Source: Deltaproteobacteria bacterium
GTDB taxonomy: Bacteria; Myxococcota; JACRCW01
Reading direction: 5' to 3'
Length of the DNA stretch: 64,000 nt
Assembly (NCBI GenBank): GCA_016218805.1
Contig: JACRCW010000008.1
Location: forward strand, 1-64,000
Shown: positions 9,268 through 19,190 of the stretch, piece after piece
Numbering within the stretch: position 1 is the first letter of the stretch
How the letters are laid out: every line of letters begins with the position of its first letter
Program-made: the position numbers and the translations under genes
The notes under the pieces: model-generated
Databases searched by the model: none
The model's input: the letters and a program-made list of their open reading frames with translations, nothing else
What the model was told of the DNA's origin: nothing

Positions 9268-11406
9268 CTAGGGCACATCCCAGTCCAGCACCGCGCGGCC
9301 TACATTGCCCATGGCGTCTTCCGCGCGGCAGGAGACAAAGTGCTTCCCGCGCGTGGGGCGCGGCAGGGTGACGGTGACCACCTCCCGCGGGCTGTCCAGG
9401 ACGGCATCCGCGGCCAGGCCCGGCACCGGTTCGCCGCCGTCCACACCGCAGGCCACGCCCACCAGCGGGCTGAGGTCCTCCACCTCCACGCGCAGCGCGG
9501 CCGGACCGGCCACGGACACCTTCAGGACGGGCGCCGTGCGGTCCACGGTGAACACGGCGGACAGCAATTCGGTGCGCGCGGCTTCCGGTGGCGGGTTGGA
9601 GGGCCAGTCCTCCGCGGTCACCCTGACGCGGTAGGCCCCGTCGCGCAGGCGTGACTCCTCCACGGAGAGGAACGGGTCCTTCAGCCCGGACCCCAGCGAA
9701 AGCACCTTGTCGCCGCCCTCGGTGAGCAGGTCCACGCCGTAGCGCAGCTCGTCATCATCCTCGTCAGCGGCGTGCCAGGTCAGCGTGCGCCAGCCCGCCT
9801 CATAGGTCTGCTTGGCCCGTGCGGCCGGCTCCGCCGGCGCCGGGCTCTGCAGGGGCTTGAGCTCAAAGTCCTCAAAGGCGCGCGCGCTGACGGAGAAGGT
9901 GCGCCCCTTCTGGTCGTCGCTGGGCATGGGCTCCACGCGCACGCCCGGCGCCAGCACATCAATGGCGGTGACGGTGGGGGGCACGTTCTGGCCGCGCCAG
10001 GCCAGGTGCAGCTCGCGCAGCACCGGTGAACCTTTGCCATCCCCCACCAGCGTGGCCTTCACCTGCGCAAAGCGCGCGCGCGCCAGCGCAGGGTTGCCGC
10101 CGGGGAAGGGCAGGGCCGCGCTCCAGGTGGACCAGGTGTCATCCGGCTCGTCCGTGTTGCCCACGCGCACCTGCAGGCTGAGGCGCGTCCCGGCCGGCAC
10201 GTCCCCCCGCGCCCACAGCCGGCCAAAGCGTGCGTGCCGCTCAGCGTCCCACACCGGGCCCAGGTACACGCCCTCCTTCACCGCCGCGCTCCCCAGCTGC
10301 GCCAGCGCGGACGCATGGCTCAGCCCCAGCACCACGCCGCGCGGGCCGCGCGCCATGGCCGTGATGCGTGCGCTTTCCACGCGCCCCACCAGCGTCACGC
10401 TGCGCCCGTCCACGTCCGCGCGGTACAGCCGCCCGCGCCCGCCGGTGCCAATGTACACGCCTGCGGCGTCGTCAAATGCCACCGCGTAGGCCGCGTCCTT
10501 CTTCCCGCGCCACACGCGCCGCACATCCCCGCTGGGATAGATGATCACCACCTCGCTGTTCTTGGTGTCCGCCGCCGTGCTGTCGTCGTCGTCGCCCGCA
10601 TCGCTGGCCGCCAGCAGTGCGTCGTTCCCCTCGCCCTTGCCCTCGTTGGCCACCAGCCCCGCGGCCAGGGTCCCGTCCGCACGCACCGCCAGGGAGGTCA
10701 CCTCCTCCAGCGCCGAATCATGGTGCGCAAACACCACGCCCTTGCCGTCCACCTGCCAGATGATGCCCTTGCGCCCCCCGCCCACGACGACGCCCTTGCC
10801 CCCGGGCAGCGCCGCCACCGCGCGCAGCAGCTTCTCCTTGAGGGCGGATTCGCCCACGCGCACCGCCTTGTCCTTTTCCGTGACGCGGTACAACGCGCCG
10901 GGGTCCCCGGTGACCGCCCACAGCGCGGTGCCGTCCCACGCCAGCCCCCACACCTGCTTGGCCTCCGGCGTCCACCACGTGTCCGCTTTGCCGCTGCCCA
11001 GCTCAATGCGCACCACCTTCCCGGACGGGGAGGTGGCCGCAAACAGCCCGCCCTTGCCGTCCAGCGCCAGCGCCGTCACCAGCGCTTCGGCGGGTTCCAG
11101 CAGCGTCCTGGCCTTGCCCGCGGCGTCCACCGCCACCACGCGCGCCGGGTTGCCGGTGGCGGCGTAGCAGGTCCCGCGCGGGTCACAGACCAGCGCCAGG
11201 ACGGGACCGCCGTCCACGGCGGCCAGCTTCTGGATGGCGGGGGCCAGGACCACGGCGCCGGTGCTGACCACGGAGGTGGTCACCGGTTCGCCGTCCGCCA
11301 GCTTGTCAAAGTCCGCGGCGGACAGGACCTGGGTGCGGGCCGCCCGTGCGTCCGCCGCCGCGTGGACCAGGAGCACCCCGGTGAGGAACAGCCCTGACAT
11401 GCGCAT
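9268..11406 (-). CDS. Secreted beta-propeller protein with C-terminal Ig/FnIII-like domains
   Basis: Signal peptide MRMSGLFLTGVLLVHAAADA; repeated ALALD.KG.L.AAT...G.V.R blades; LTW.A.D.D.D.LRY. Confidence 0.75.
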   Translation of the reverse strand: MRMSGLFLTGVLLVHAAADARAARTQVLSAADFDKLADGEPVTTSVVSTGAVVLAPAIQKLAAVDGGPVLALVCDPRGTCYAATGNPARVVAVDAAGKARTLLEPAEALVTALALDGKGGLFAATSPSGKVVRIELGSGKADTWWTPEAKQVWGLAWDGTALWAVTGDPGALYRVTEKDKAVRVGESALKEKLLRAVAALPGGKGVVVGGGRKGIIWQVDGKGVVFAHHDSALEEVTSLAVRADGTLAAGLVANEGKGEGNDALLAASDAGDDDDSTAADTKNSEVVIIYPSGDVRRVWRGKKDAAYAVAFDDAAGVYIGTGGRGRLYRADVDGRSVTLVGRVESARITAMARGPRGVVLGLSHASALAQLGSAAVKEGVYLGPVWDAERHARFGRLWARGDVPAGTRLSLQVRVGNTDEPDDTWSTWSAALPFPGGNPALARARFAQVKATLVGDGKGSPVLRELHLAWRGQNVPPTVTAIDVLAPGVRVEPMPSDDQKGRTFSVSARAFEDFELKPLQSPAPAEPAARAKQTYEAGWRTLTWHAADEDDDELRYGVDLLTEGGDKVLSLGSGLKDPFLSVEESRLRDGAYRVRVTAEDWPSNPPPEAARTELLSAVFTVDRTAPVLKVSVAGPAALRVEVEDLSPLVGVACGVDGGEPVPGLAADAVLDSPREVVTVTLPRPTRGKHFVSCRAEDAMGNVGRAVLDWDVP

Positions 11407-11447
11407 GGACGCTGCTTGTACCCGTCGGGTGCGGGGTGGCGCCAGCG

Positions 11448-11909
11448 TCACGCCTCCGGCGTGCCTGAGGTGGTGCCCGCCGCCGGCCACTCCAGCAGCA
11501 CCAGCCCCGCCAGGATGACCACAATGGCCACCCATTGCCGCGCCAGCAGCTTCTCACCCAACAGCGCCCAGGCCAGCAGGAGCGTGACCGCGGGATAGGT
11601 GCTGGTGGCCGCCACCACCAGCCCGCTGTCCAGCTCGCGCAGCGCGTGGAAGTAGAAGTAGTTCCCCACCAGGGACGCCAGCACGCCGGCCACGCACATC
11701 ACGCCCACCTGCAGCGGCGTCAGCGTCAGCGCCAACCCAAACCGCGAATTGACCCCCAGCACACCCAGCGCGGCCACCACGGCCGCCACGCTGCGCACGG
11801 TGACGGCCAGCACCGGGTCCACGCCGGCCTTGAGGATGACGCGGTCCAGCAGGGGCACCGTCCCCCACACCAGCACCGTGGCCAACATGAACAGGTGCGC
11901 GCGCGTCAT
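11448..11909 (-). CDS. EamA/DMT-family small membrane transporter
   Basis: Five hydrophobic helices; YFHALR...V...TYPAVTLLLAWALLGEKL. Confidence 0.85.
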   Translation of the reverse strand: MTRAHLFMLATVLVWGTVPLLDRVILKAGVDPVLAVTVRSVAAVVAALGVLGVNSRFGLALTLTPLQVGVMCVAGVLASLVGNYFYFHALRELDSGLVVAATSTYPAVTLLLAWALLGEKLLARQWVAIVVILAGLVLLEWPAAGTTSGTPEA

Positions 11910-11928
11910 GCGGCGACCACGGGGGCCG

Positions 11929-12486
11929 TCAGACCTCCATGATCTCCTTTTCCTTCTTGGCCACCACGTCGTCCACCAGCTTGGTGTGCGCGTCCGTCTC
12001 GTCCTGCACGCGCTTGAGCGCGCGGGTGGAATCGTCCTCGGTGATCTCGGACTCCTTGAGGAGTTCCTTGAGCATCTCGTTGGCGTCCCGCCGCGCGTTG
12101 CGGATGGCCACCTTGGCCTCCTCCGCCTTCACGCGCACGGTCTTGAGCAGGTCCTTGCGCCGCTCCTCAGTGAGCGCGGGGATGGGCAGGCGGATGATCT
12201 CACCGTCAGACTGCGGGTTGATGCCCAGGTCTGAGGCTTTGATGGCCTTCTCAATGTCCGCAATGATCCGCTTCTCCCACGGCTTGATGACAATGAGCCG
12301 CGGGTCCGCCACCTGCACGCCCGCCACCTGGTTCAACGGCGTCATGGACCCGTAGTAGTCCACCCGGATGCCGTCCAGCAGCGCCGTGTTGGCCCGCCCC
12401 GTGCGCACCTTGGCCAGCCCCTGCTTGAGCGCCTCCACCCCGGCGCCCATGGTGCCCCTGCACTCGCTGATCACGTCCTCAACCAT
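11929..12486 (-). CDS. frr: Ribosome recycling factor
   Basis: RTGRAN..LLD.IRVDYYG..TPLNQVA, P.LTEERRK, RNARRDAN, KEKEIMEV; 185 aa from ATG 12486. Confidence 0.98.
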   Translation of the reverse strand: MVEDVISECRGTMGAGVEALKQGLAKVRTGRANTALLDGIRVDYYGSMTPLNQVAGVQVADPRLIVIKPWEKRIIADIEKAIKASDLGINPQSDGEIIRLPIPALTEERRKDLLKTVRVKAEEAKVAIRNARRDANEMLKELLKESEITEDDSTRALKRVQDETDAHTKLVDDVVAKKEKEIMEV

Positions 12487-12496
12487 GGCTTCCTCC

Positions 12497-13273
12497 TCAA
12501 CGGTCACGGGGCGCGGGCGGCAGTTCGCCTACCACGGTTCCCACGTGTTCCCCCTTCATGGCCCTGATGATGTTCCCGCGCTTGTGCAGATTGAACACGA
12601 TGATGGGCATCTTGTTCTCCATGCACATGCTGATGGCCGTGGCATCCATGACCTTGAGGCCGCGCTGCAGCACCTCGGGGTAGCTCACGCGGTCATACTT
12701 CACCGCCGCGGCGTCCTTCTCCGGGTCCCGGTCATAGATGCCGTCCACCTTGGTGGCCTTCATGATGACGTCCGCGTGCATCTCCATGCCGCGCAGGGAC
12801 GCGCCCGTGTCCGTGGTGAAGTACGGGTTGCCGGTGCCGCCGGCCAGGATGACCACGCGGCCCTTCTCCAGGTGCCGCAGCGCGCGGCGCCGGATGTACG
12901 GCTCACACAGGGAACTCATCTCAATGGCGCTCTGCACGCGCGTGGGGACGGCCAGGCGCTCCAGCGCGTCCTGCATGGCCATGGCGTTCATCACCGTGGC
13001 CAGCATGCCCATGTAATCCGCCGTGGCGCGGTCCATGCCCTCGGTGGCGGCGGACACGCCGCGGAAGATGTTGCCGCCGCCAATGACCAGCGCCACCTGC
13101 ACGCCCAGGTCCCAGACCTCCTTCACCTGGGTGGCAATCTCCACCAGCACCTTGGGACTGATGCCACCCTTGCCGTCACCCTGCAGCGCCTCGCCCGACA
13201 GCTTGAGCAGGACGCGCGAGAAGCGCGCGGATTCATGCAGCGCGGGTTGGGTGGGCGGGGGCACGGGCGTCAT
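12497..13273 (-). CDS. pyrH: UMP kinase
   Basis: [57 protein letters not shown]. Confidence 0.98.
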   Translation of the reverse strand: MTPVPPPTQPALHESARFSRVLLKLSGEALQGDGKGGISPKVLVEIATQVKEVWDLGVQVALVIGGGNIFRGVSAATEGMDRATADYMGMLATVMNAMAMQDALERLAVPTRVQSAIEMSSLCEPYIRRRALRHLEKGRVVILAGGTGNPYFTTDTGASLRGMEMHADVIMKATKVDGIYDRDPEKDAAAVKYDRVSYPEVLQRGLKVMDATAISMCMENKMPIIVFNLHKRGNIIRAMKGEHVGTVVGELPPAPRDR

Positions 13274-13335
13274 TGACTCTCCGACGAAGGGCGGCGGCAT
13301 CTAGCCACCCGTGCACGCCGGGGTCAAGACGGAGC

Positions 13336-16110
13336 CTACTGGGCGACGGCGTAGACGCTGTCCCGCACGCCGGGCGCATAGAACTGCGGCGGCGTGTAGC
13401 CGTTGATGCCAGTGAGCACGCCGTAGGGGAAGTCCCGCGACGTGGGCGCGTTGAACGTGCACTGCCCGGTGGCGGAGTTCCACGCGGCGTCCGTCACAAA
13501 GCACCAGCCGTCCGCCGGAATCCCGCTGCAGGTGTACCTCTTGAAGCCGGTGTTCTTGCAGTACACCTCCACGTCCACGTCCACCGTGTTGAACCCGGCG
13601 GCGGGCACGCCGCGCTGGTTGCCGGTGAAGGTGCCCGGCGGGCCCTCCACCACGGGCTCGCCGTAGTAGTGGATGGCAATGGTGTACGTCCCGGTGGCGG
13701 GGTGCTTGATGGAGATGTTCTCCGGCGTGCACACCCGCTCCCCGTTGCCATCCACGTAGCAGCCGCGCCGGTTGTCAATGTCCAGCTTGGGGTAGGCATC
13801 CGCGGTGAAGTTGCCAAACGAGTACAGCAGCGTGGCGACGTAAGTCGGGTCGTAGTAGTCTCCGCTCCACTGCAGCGTCTGGACGCCGCATGCCGGCTGG
13901 CCGGGCACCGTCACGGTGCAGGAGGTGCAGTTGTAGTAGTGACAGTCCGGGTAGGCGCGCGCGCCCTCCTCGGTGAGGTTGGTCACGTAGACGGTGGGGA
14001 ACCCGCCGATGGACCAGCTGTAGTTGTTGACCGGGCCCCAGTTGAACTCCCAGAAATAGCCGGCCCCGTTGGCCCCGCCCACCGGGTGCAGCAGGTGGAT
14101 GTCCACGTCCACCGGGTCATGCATGACCAGTTGGACGTTCATGTCCTCGTCGGGCCCGGCGATGGTGAACGCCACGTCGCACGTCTGCTCTGCCGCCCCC
14201 ACCTGCGTGAGCGTGGCCCGCATGGTGTAGTTCCCGCGGATCACCGGGGTGAAGGTGACGGAGAGCGAGGCGACATTGGACAGCGCCAGGCTGTCCTGCG
14301 CCGGTTCCGCCACAATGCTCCAGCGCAGGCTCCATGACCCCGCGGTGGCCCCAGCAACGGCGGCGGTCAGCGTGATGGTGTCCAGGATGCGCTTGCCCAC
14401 CGGAGCCGCGGGGCAGCTGAGCACGCCCGCGCCCTCGTCCGTGTAGCCGTTGCAGTTGTTGTCCACGCCGTCCGCCGGCACCTCCGCGTGGCCCGTGTAC
14501 GCCGTGTTGTCCGTGTCCAGGCAGTCATCCCCGCCGCAGGCCACCGGCGTGTGTCCGTCCTGGTCCACGTCCGGCGTGCGCGTCCCGCAGCCGCCCGCGG
14601 GGTCACAGAAGCCCACGTTGCACGCGCCATTGTTGGGGCACGCGCCGTGGTCCGGCCGGTGCGCCGGCACGCCGCCCACGCACTCCTCCACCGTGCACGC
14701 CACGGTGTCCGCGGCCGGGGTGTCGTTGTTGTCATCCACCAGCACCACGCTGGTGCCGTTGCACGTGACGGTCTTGCAGTCCCCCGCCACCTGGACGGGG
14801 CTGGGGTTGGCGGCGCGCTGGCAGTCGTTGACGCGGTCACACGTGTCAATGGTGCACGCGTTCCCGTCGTCACACGCCGCATCATCCGGTGTGTGGATGG
14901 CGGTGCCGGTGGCCGTGTCACAGGTGTCCACCGTGCAACCCACGTTGTCACTCAGCGTCCCGGCGCAGTCCGTGGGCCGCACGCAGGACCCGTTGTTGCA
15001 CACCAGCGGCGGCGTGCACGGGTTGGCCGTGTCACACGTCGGGTTGCGCGTGCAGACGTTGTTCACGCAGGACTGGTCCAACGGGCATTCGGCGTCACCG
15101 GTACAGCCGGGGTTGGGCTCGCAGCGGCCGGTGGCGCAGTGTAGGGCGGCGGGGCAGTCCGCGTCACCGGTGCACTGCGGGCCCTGGTGGCACACGCCGG
15201 CGGAGCAGTACTGGTCCGTGGGACACTCTGCGTGGGTGGTGCACGTGGGATTGTCCACGCAGACGCCCGCCTCGCACGAACGCGTGTCCGCGCAGTCGGC
15301 GTTGGTGGTGCAACACCCGTTGGCCGCGGTGCACACGCAGCCGCTGGCGCCCTGACATTCCTCGCCGGGGGCGCACTGCGCGCCGGCGTTGGCCCCCAGG
15401 CAGTCACCCTGGGCGCCGCAGAAGCCCGTGCTCACCGCGGGGTCCACGCACACGGCGCCCAGCGTGGCGTCCACGCACCGCACCAGCGGCGCGTTGCAGG
15501 CAATGTCGCAGAAACCGTTCACGCACATCTTGGCGCCGGGGCACTCGGTGCCGCGGTGGCTGCCCAGGCAGTCACCCTGGGCGCCGCACCACATGGGGTC
15601 TTCCAGCGGGTTGACGCAGTTGCCGTCACACCGGATCTCGCCGGCGTTGGGGCACGGCGCACCGGAACTGCCGCCGCTGCTGGAGGAGGAAACAGCGCCG
15701 CCGGAGCTGCCGCCGCCGGACGCCGTCCCGGATGTGCCGCTGCTGCCGGACGTCCCCGAGGACCCGGAGGTCCCGGACGTGCCGGACGACCCACCTGACG
15801 ACGAGGTCCCGCCCGAACTGAGGTCACCCGACGAGCCGCCCGACGACGAGAGGTCCCCGCTGGTGCCGCTGGAACCCGGTGACCCGCTGGTCCCGCCGGA
15901 AGCCGTGGTGCCGCTGGTCCCGCCGGAGCCGGACGCTCCGCCGGTGGAACTGCTGGCGGACTGCGCGGGTGCGCACGCGCCCTCCACGCACTCCTGCCCC
16001 GCTGAACAATCCGTGGTGGCACTGCAGGTGGAGCCGGTGTTCTTGGGCGTGCAACCCAGGGACGTCGCCAATGCGGCCGCAGCCAGCCAGGCAAAGTGGT
16101 GTGTGCGCAT
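13336..16110 (-). CDS. Large Cys-rich lipoprotein (Gly/Ser linker, Cys repeats, MopE-like metal-binding motif, PKD-like and YfaP-like domains)
   Basis: Lipobox SLGC; DVDQDG...DCLD.D...AE...DGVDNNCNG..DEG; DVDIHLLHP...LDID...PENI...G.Y.I..HYY. Confidence 0.8.
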   Translation of the reverse strand: MRTHHFAWLAAAALATSLGCTPKNTGSTCSATTDCSAGQECVEGACAPAQSASSSTGGASGSGGTSGTTASGGTSGSPGSSGTSGDLSSSGGSSGDLSSGGTSSSGGSSGTSGTSGSSGTSGSSGTSGTASGGGSSGGAVSSSSSGGSSGAPCPNAGEIRCDGNCVNPLEDPMWCGAQGDCLGSHRGTECPGAKMCVNGFCDIACNAPLVRCVDATLGAVCVDPAVSTGFCGAQGDCLGANAGAQCAPGEECQGASGCVCTAANGCCTTNADCADTRSCEAGVCVDNPTCTTHAECPTDQYCSAGVCHQGPQCTGDADCPAALHCATGRCEPNPGCTGDAECPLDQSCVNNVCTRNPTCDTANPCTPPLVCNNGSCVRPTDCAGTLSDNVGCTVDTCDTATGTAIHTPDDAACDDGNACTIDTCDRVNDCQRAANPSPVQVAGDCKTVTCNGTSVVLVDDNNDTPAADTVACTVEECVGGVPAHRPDHGACPNNGACNVGFCDPAGGCGTRTPDVDQDGHTPVACGGDDCLDTDNTAYTGHAEVPADGVDNNCNGYTDEGAGVLSCPAAPVGKRILDTITLTAAVAGATAGSWSLRWSIVAEPAQDSLALSNVASLSVTFTPVIRGNYTMRATLTQVGAAEQTCDVAFTIAGPDEDMNVQLVMHDPVDVDIHLLHPVGGANGAGYFWEFNWGPVNNYSWSIGGFPTVYVTNLTEEGARAYPDCHYYNCTSCTVTVPGQPACGVQTLQWSGDYYDPTYVATLLYSFGNFTADAYPKLDIDNRRGCYVDGNGERVCTPENISIKHPATGTYTIAIHYYGEPVVEGPPGTFTGNQRGVPAAGFNTVDVDVEVYCKNTGFKRYTCSGIPADGWCFVTDAAWNSATGQCTFNAPTSRDFPYGVLTGINGYTPPQFYAPGVRDSVYAVAQ

Positions 16111-16306
16111 GAGGTGAGTTATCGGCCGCGCGACCGATGTTGTCCATTCCGGGTACCCGTTTTCGTCGACAGATCGCGTGTCTTGCGCTGTGGGCGGCTT
16201 CCCCACGCAGGGCGGGATGCCCCGGATGGAACGTCAGGCGCGGCGCATTGCCGCGCTTTGGGACGCGCGCTTGACGTGCGGGAGAGCGCTCCTCTACCGC
16301 GGGGGC

Positions 16307-17059
16307 ATGACGCAGCCACCGCGGCCGTTTGGATTCCCGGTGACCCACGCGGCGCAGGACGTGGTGCGGGACACGCTGGAGCGCGTGGCCGCCACGCGCG
16401 CCGCCGGCCGCGTGCCCGTGGTGCTGTTTGATCTTGACGGGACGTTGTTCGACAACGCGCCGCGGACCTGGCAGATCCTTTACGAGTTCAGCGTGCTGCG
16501 CGCCCGGCACGAGCTGACCGCCCGGCTGCGCACGCTTCCCAAGCACCAGCTGCCCTACGCCCTGGCGGACATCCTGGCCCTGGTGGACGAGCACGACGGG
16601 GAGTTGCTGCGGCAGGTGGCGGCGTTCTGGGAGGACCGGTTCTTCCGGGATGACTACATCCGCTATGACGAGCCGGTGCGCGGCGCTTTGCAGTTCGTAC
16701 GCATGCTGTACGACGCGGGGACGACGGTGGTGTACTTCAGCGGGCGCGACAGTCCCGGCATGCTGGTGGGCACGGCGCAGAGCCTGCGCACGCACGGCTT
16801 TCCCGTGGGTGTGCCGCGCGCGGTGATGGCGCTCAAGGAGTCCTTTGACGTGGAGGACCTGGTGTTCAAGCGGCGCGCGGTGGAGTTCATGGACACCCTG
16901 GGCGAGGTGGTGGCGTCGTTCGACAATGAACCGGGCAACTGCAACATGTTCCGGCAGGCGTGGCCGCGCGCGGCCATTGTCGCGGTGGCCACGTCACACG
17001 CCCCCAATCCGCACCCGCTGCATCCCTCCGTCGCGGTGATTCGCGACTTTGTGGACTGA
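16307..17059 (+). CDS. HAD-superfamily acid phosphatase-like hydrolase
   Basis: Motif I FDLDGTLFDN, motif II YFSGR, motif III K, motif IV FDNEPGN. Confidence 0.8.
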   Translation: MTQPPRPFGFPVTHAAQDVVRDTLERVAATRAAGRVPVVLFDLDGTLFDNAPRTWQILYEFSVLRARHELTARLRTLPKHQLPYALADILALVDEHDGELLRQVAAFWEDRFFRDDYIRYDEPVRGALQFVRMLYDAGTTVVYFSGRDSPGMLVGTAQSLRTHGFPVGVPRAVMALKESFDVEDLVFKRRAVEFMDTLGEVVASFDNEPGNCNMFRQAWPRAAIVAVATSHAPNPHPLHPSVAVIRDFVD

Positions 17060-17062
17060 CGC

Positions 17063-18073
17063 GTGCCACGGCTGCAGCGCCCCGAGGCCGCCGACCAGCT
17101 CCCCCGCCAGTGGAGCCTGTACCGCCTGCTGTTCCGGGCGGGCGCCGCGGGCCTCACCGTCCGCGAACTGGCCGAGCAGCTGCACACGCACAAGGCCAAC
17201 GTGGAGCGCGACCTGCAAGCGCTGGCGGCGGCAGGCTTCCCGCTGCGTTCGCAGAAAGACCCCGGGCACGCGCAGCGGCTGCGCTGGATCCTTGACGGCG
17301 AGGACGGTGTGGGCGCGGCGGGCTTTGGTCCCGCGGAGCTGCTGTCCCTGCACGCGGCCAGCGCGGCGCTGCAATTCCTGGCCAATACGCCGGTGCACAT
17401 GGACCTGCAGGCGGTGCTCTCCAAAGTCCGCGCGTCGCTGGCGGGCGCCAAGGGGAAGACGGTGGCGGGGACGGCGCACGTGTTTGTGCCGCACCTGCGG
17501 GACTTTGTCAGCTATGACGCGGATGACCTGCGCGCCATCCTGGATGACCTGCTGGATGCCATGGCCCGCCACCGCATGGTGCGCGTGGAGTACCTGTCCG
17601 CAGACGCCCGGCGTCCCAAGCCCGCCACCCTGCTGCCGCTGCGCCTGTTTGCGCACCACAACAGCCTGTACCTGCTGGCCCAGCGTGACGGGAAGAACGA
17701 GGTCCGCACCTACGCGGTCCACCGCATCCGCTGGCTGGAGGTGACGGACGCGCCGTTTGACGAGCCCCGCGTGGACCTGGCCGCGCACGTTGAGCACGCA
17801 TTTGGAGTGTTCATTGAGCCGCCCACGGACGTGGAGGTGCGGTTTGCACCGGAGGTGGCCCGCTATGTGACGGAGCGGACCTTCCACCCGCGCGAAGAGA
17901 AGCTGCGGCTGGAGGACGGCAGCATCCGCTACCGCGTGCGTGCGGGCGGCCGGCTGGAGATTGTGGCGTGGGTGCTGGGGTTTGGCGGCGCGGCGGAGTT
18001 GGTGTCCCCGGCGGAGTGGCGCGCGGACGTGCTGCGCGGCGCGGAACGCCTGCGCGCTGCGCACTCACGCTGA
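17063..18073 (+). CDS. HTH-WYL-WCX transcriptional regulator (PafB/DriD-like)
   Basis: wHTH LTVRELAEQL....VERDL..L; WYL-like PLRL......LYLLA......RTY.V.RI; WCX-like WVLGFG..AELVSP. Confidence 0.9.
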   Translation: MPRLQRPEAADQLPRQWSLYRLLFRAGAAGLTVRELAEQLHTHKANVERDLQALAAAGFPLRSQKDPGHAQRLRWILDGEDGVGAAGFGPAELLSLHAASAALQFLANTPVHMDLQAVLSKVRASLAGAKGKTVAGTAHVFVPHLRDFVSYDADDLRAILDDLLDAMARHRMVRVEYLSADARRPKPATLLPLRLFAHHNSLYLLAQRDGKNEVRTYAVHRIRWLEVTDAPFDEPRVDLAAHVEHAFGVFIEPPTDVEVRFAPEVARYVTERTFHPREEKLRLEDGSIRYRVRAGGRLEIVAWVLGFGGAAELVSPAEWRADVLRGAERLRAAHSR

Positions 18074-18116
18074 CGCGGCATGGACACCACCCCGGTGCGT
18101 TCGCAATGATGCAACC

Positions 18117-18923
18117 GTGACCCTGACCACGACGCTCGCCGGCTGCCTTGTCGCCCTCGCCACGTCGTCGTCATCGGCTCCGCCCAGGCCAGCCATTGCC
18201 ATGCTGGGATGCCGCGGCGGCCCGGGCACGGGGCCCGGCGTGGCAGAGCGGTGTTCGCAGCGCGTGGCGGACGCGCTGCGCCGGTCCGGCGAATTCTCCA
18301 CCGTGGTCCCAGCGGCCGACGTGATGGCGCAGGCCTGGCCGGAGGCGCGTGATGCCCTGGCGGCATGCGAGGACGCGGCGTGCGCGACGGAGGTCTCCGG
18401 CGCGCTTGGCGTGCCGCTCGTCGCGGTGGTGCGCCTGTCCATGGACAAGGGCGCGGTGGCGGCGGTGCTGGAGATTGCCGAGACGTCGTCAGGGAAAGTC
18501 CGCGGCGTGGCAACCGGGCGCTTTGCCGGGACAGGCGACGAGGAGCTGGACGCCGCCGCGGAAGCGCTGCTGGGCCGGGCGTTGCCCGCCGTGACGGGTC
18601 ATTCCGCGGCGTTTGCGTCCGCGCCGGGGCGCGAGGGTGCTGGTGTGGGCGCGCTGGTGCTGCGGGGGTTGGGCGCGGCCGGCCTGGCCGGCGGCGTGCT
18701 GGGGCTGCTGTTCTCGCTGGGCGCGGTGGCGGGCACGGTGGCGGTGGCCGTGGCGCCCTACTTTGTCCTGGTGCCGCTGCCGGTGACCGCGCCGCGCGAG
18801 CGCGATTTCATGTTCATCGTCGCCATCGTGGTCTCCGCGGTGGTGACGGGTGTGGCCTGGTTGGTCACCGCGGCGCTGGTGGCCGGGGGCGGGGCTGCGC
18901 TGGCCGGGAGTTTCCTGCTGTGA
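18117..18923 (+). CDS. Hypothetical exported/membrane protein (C..CA..V...LG domain, two C-terminal TM helices)
   Basis: N-terminal hydrophobic segment, ACEDAACATEV motif, hydrophobic C-terminus; start uncertain. Confidence 0.55.
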   Translation: MTLTTTLAGCLVALATSSSSAPPRPAIAMLGCRGGPGTGPGVAERCSQRVADALRRSGEFSTVVPAADVMAQAWPEARDALAACEDAACATEVSGALGVPLVAVVRLSMDKGAVAAVLEIAETSSGKVRGVATGRFAGTGDEELDAAAEALLGRALPAVTGHSAAFASAPGREGAGVGALVLRGLGAAGLAGGVLGLLFSLGAVAGTVAVAVAPYFVLVPLPVTAPRERDFMFIVAIVVSAVVTGVAWLVTAALVAGGGAALAGSFLL

Positions 18924-19190
18924 CGGAAATGCCGGGTAATCATTTCCACATGGTGACGCCCAGCGCCACCGCAAAAGTCCCCGCCGCGGCGACGACGCTG
19001 CGCAGCTCTTCGGACCACAGCGGCGTGCCGCACTGCGCGACATTGACCAGCTGAAACACCGGTCCACCGATGAACTCGGATGGATCAAGCTTTCCATGCC
19101 CAGCCCGACGAGACTTCCGCCACGTCGGATGGACAAATGGTGTGCGGCGGTCCCATCATCCGGCCCGGACCCGACGGAGGAGGCGCACAC

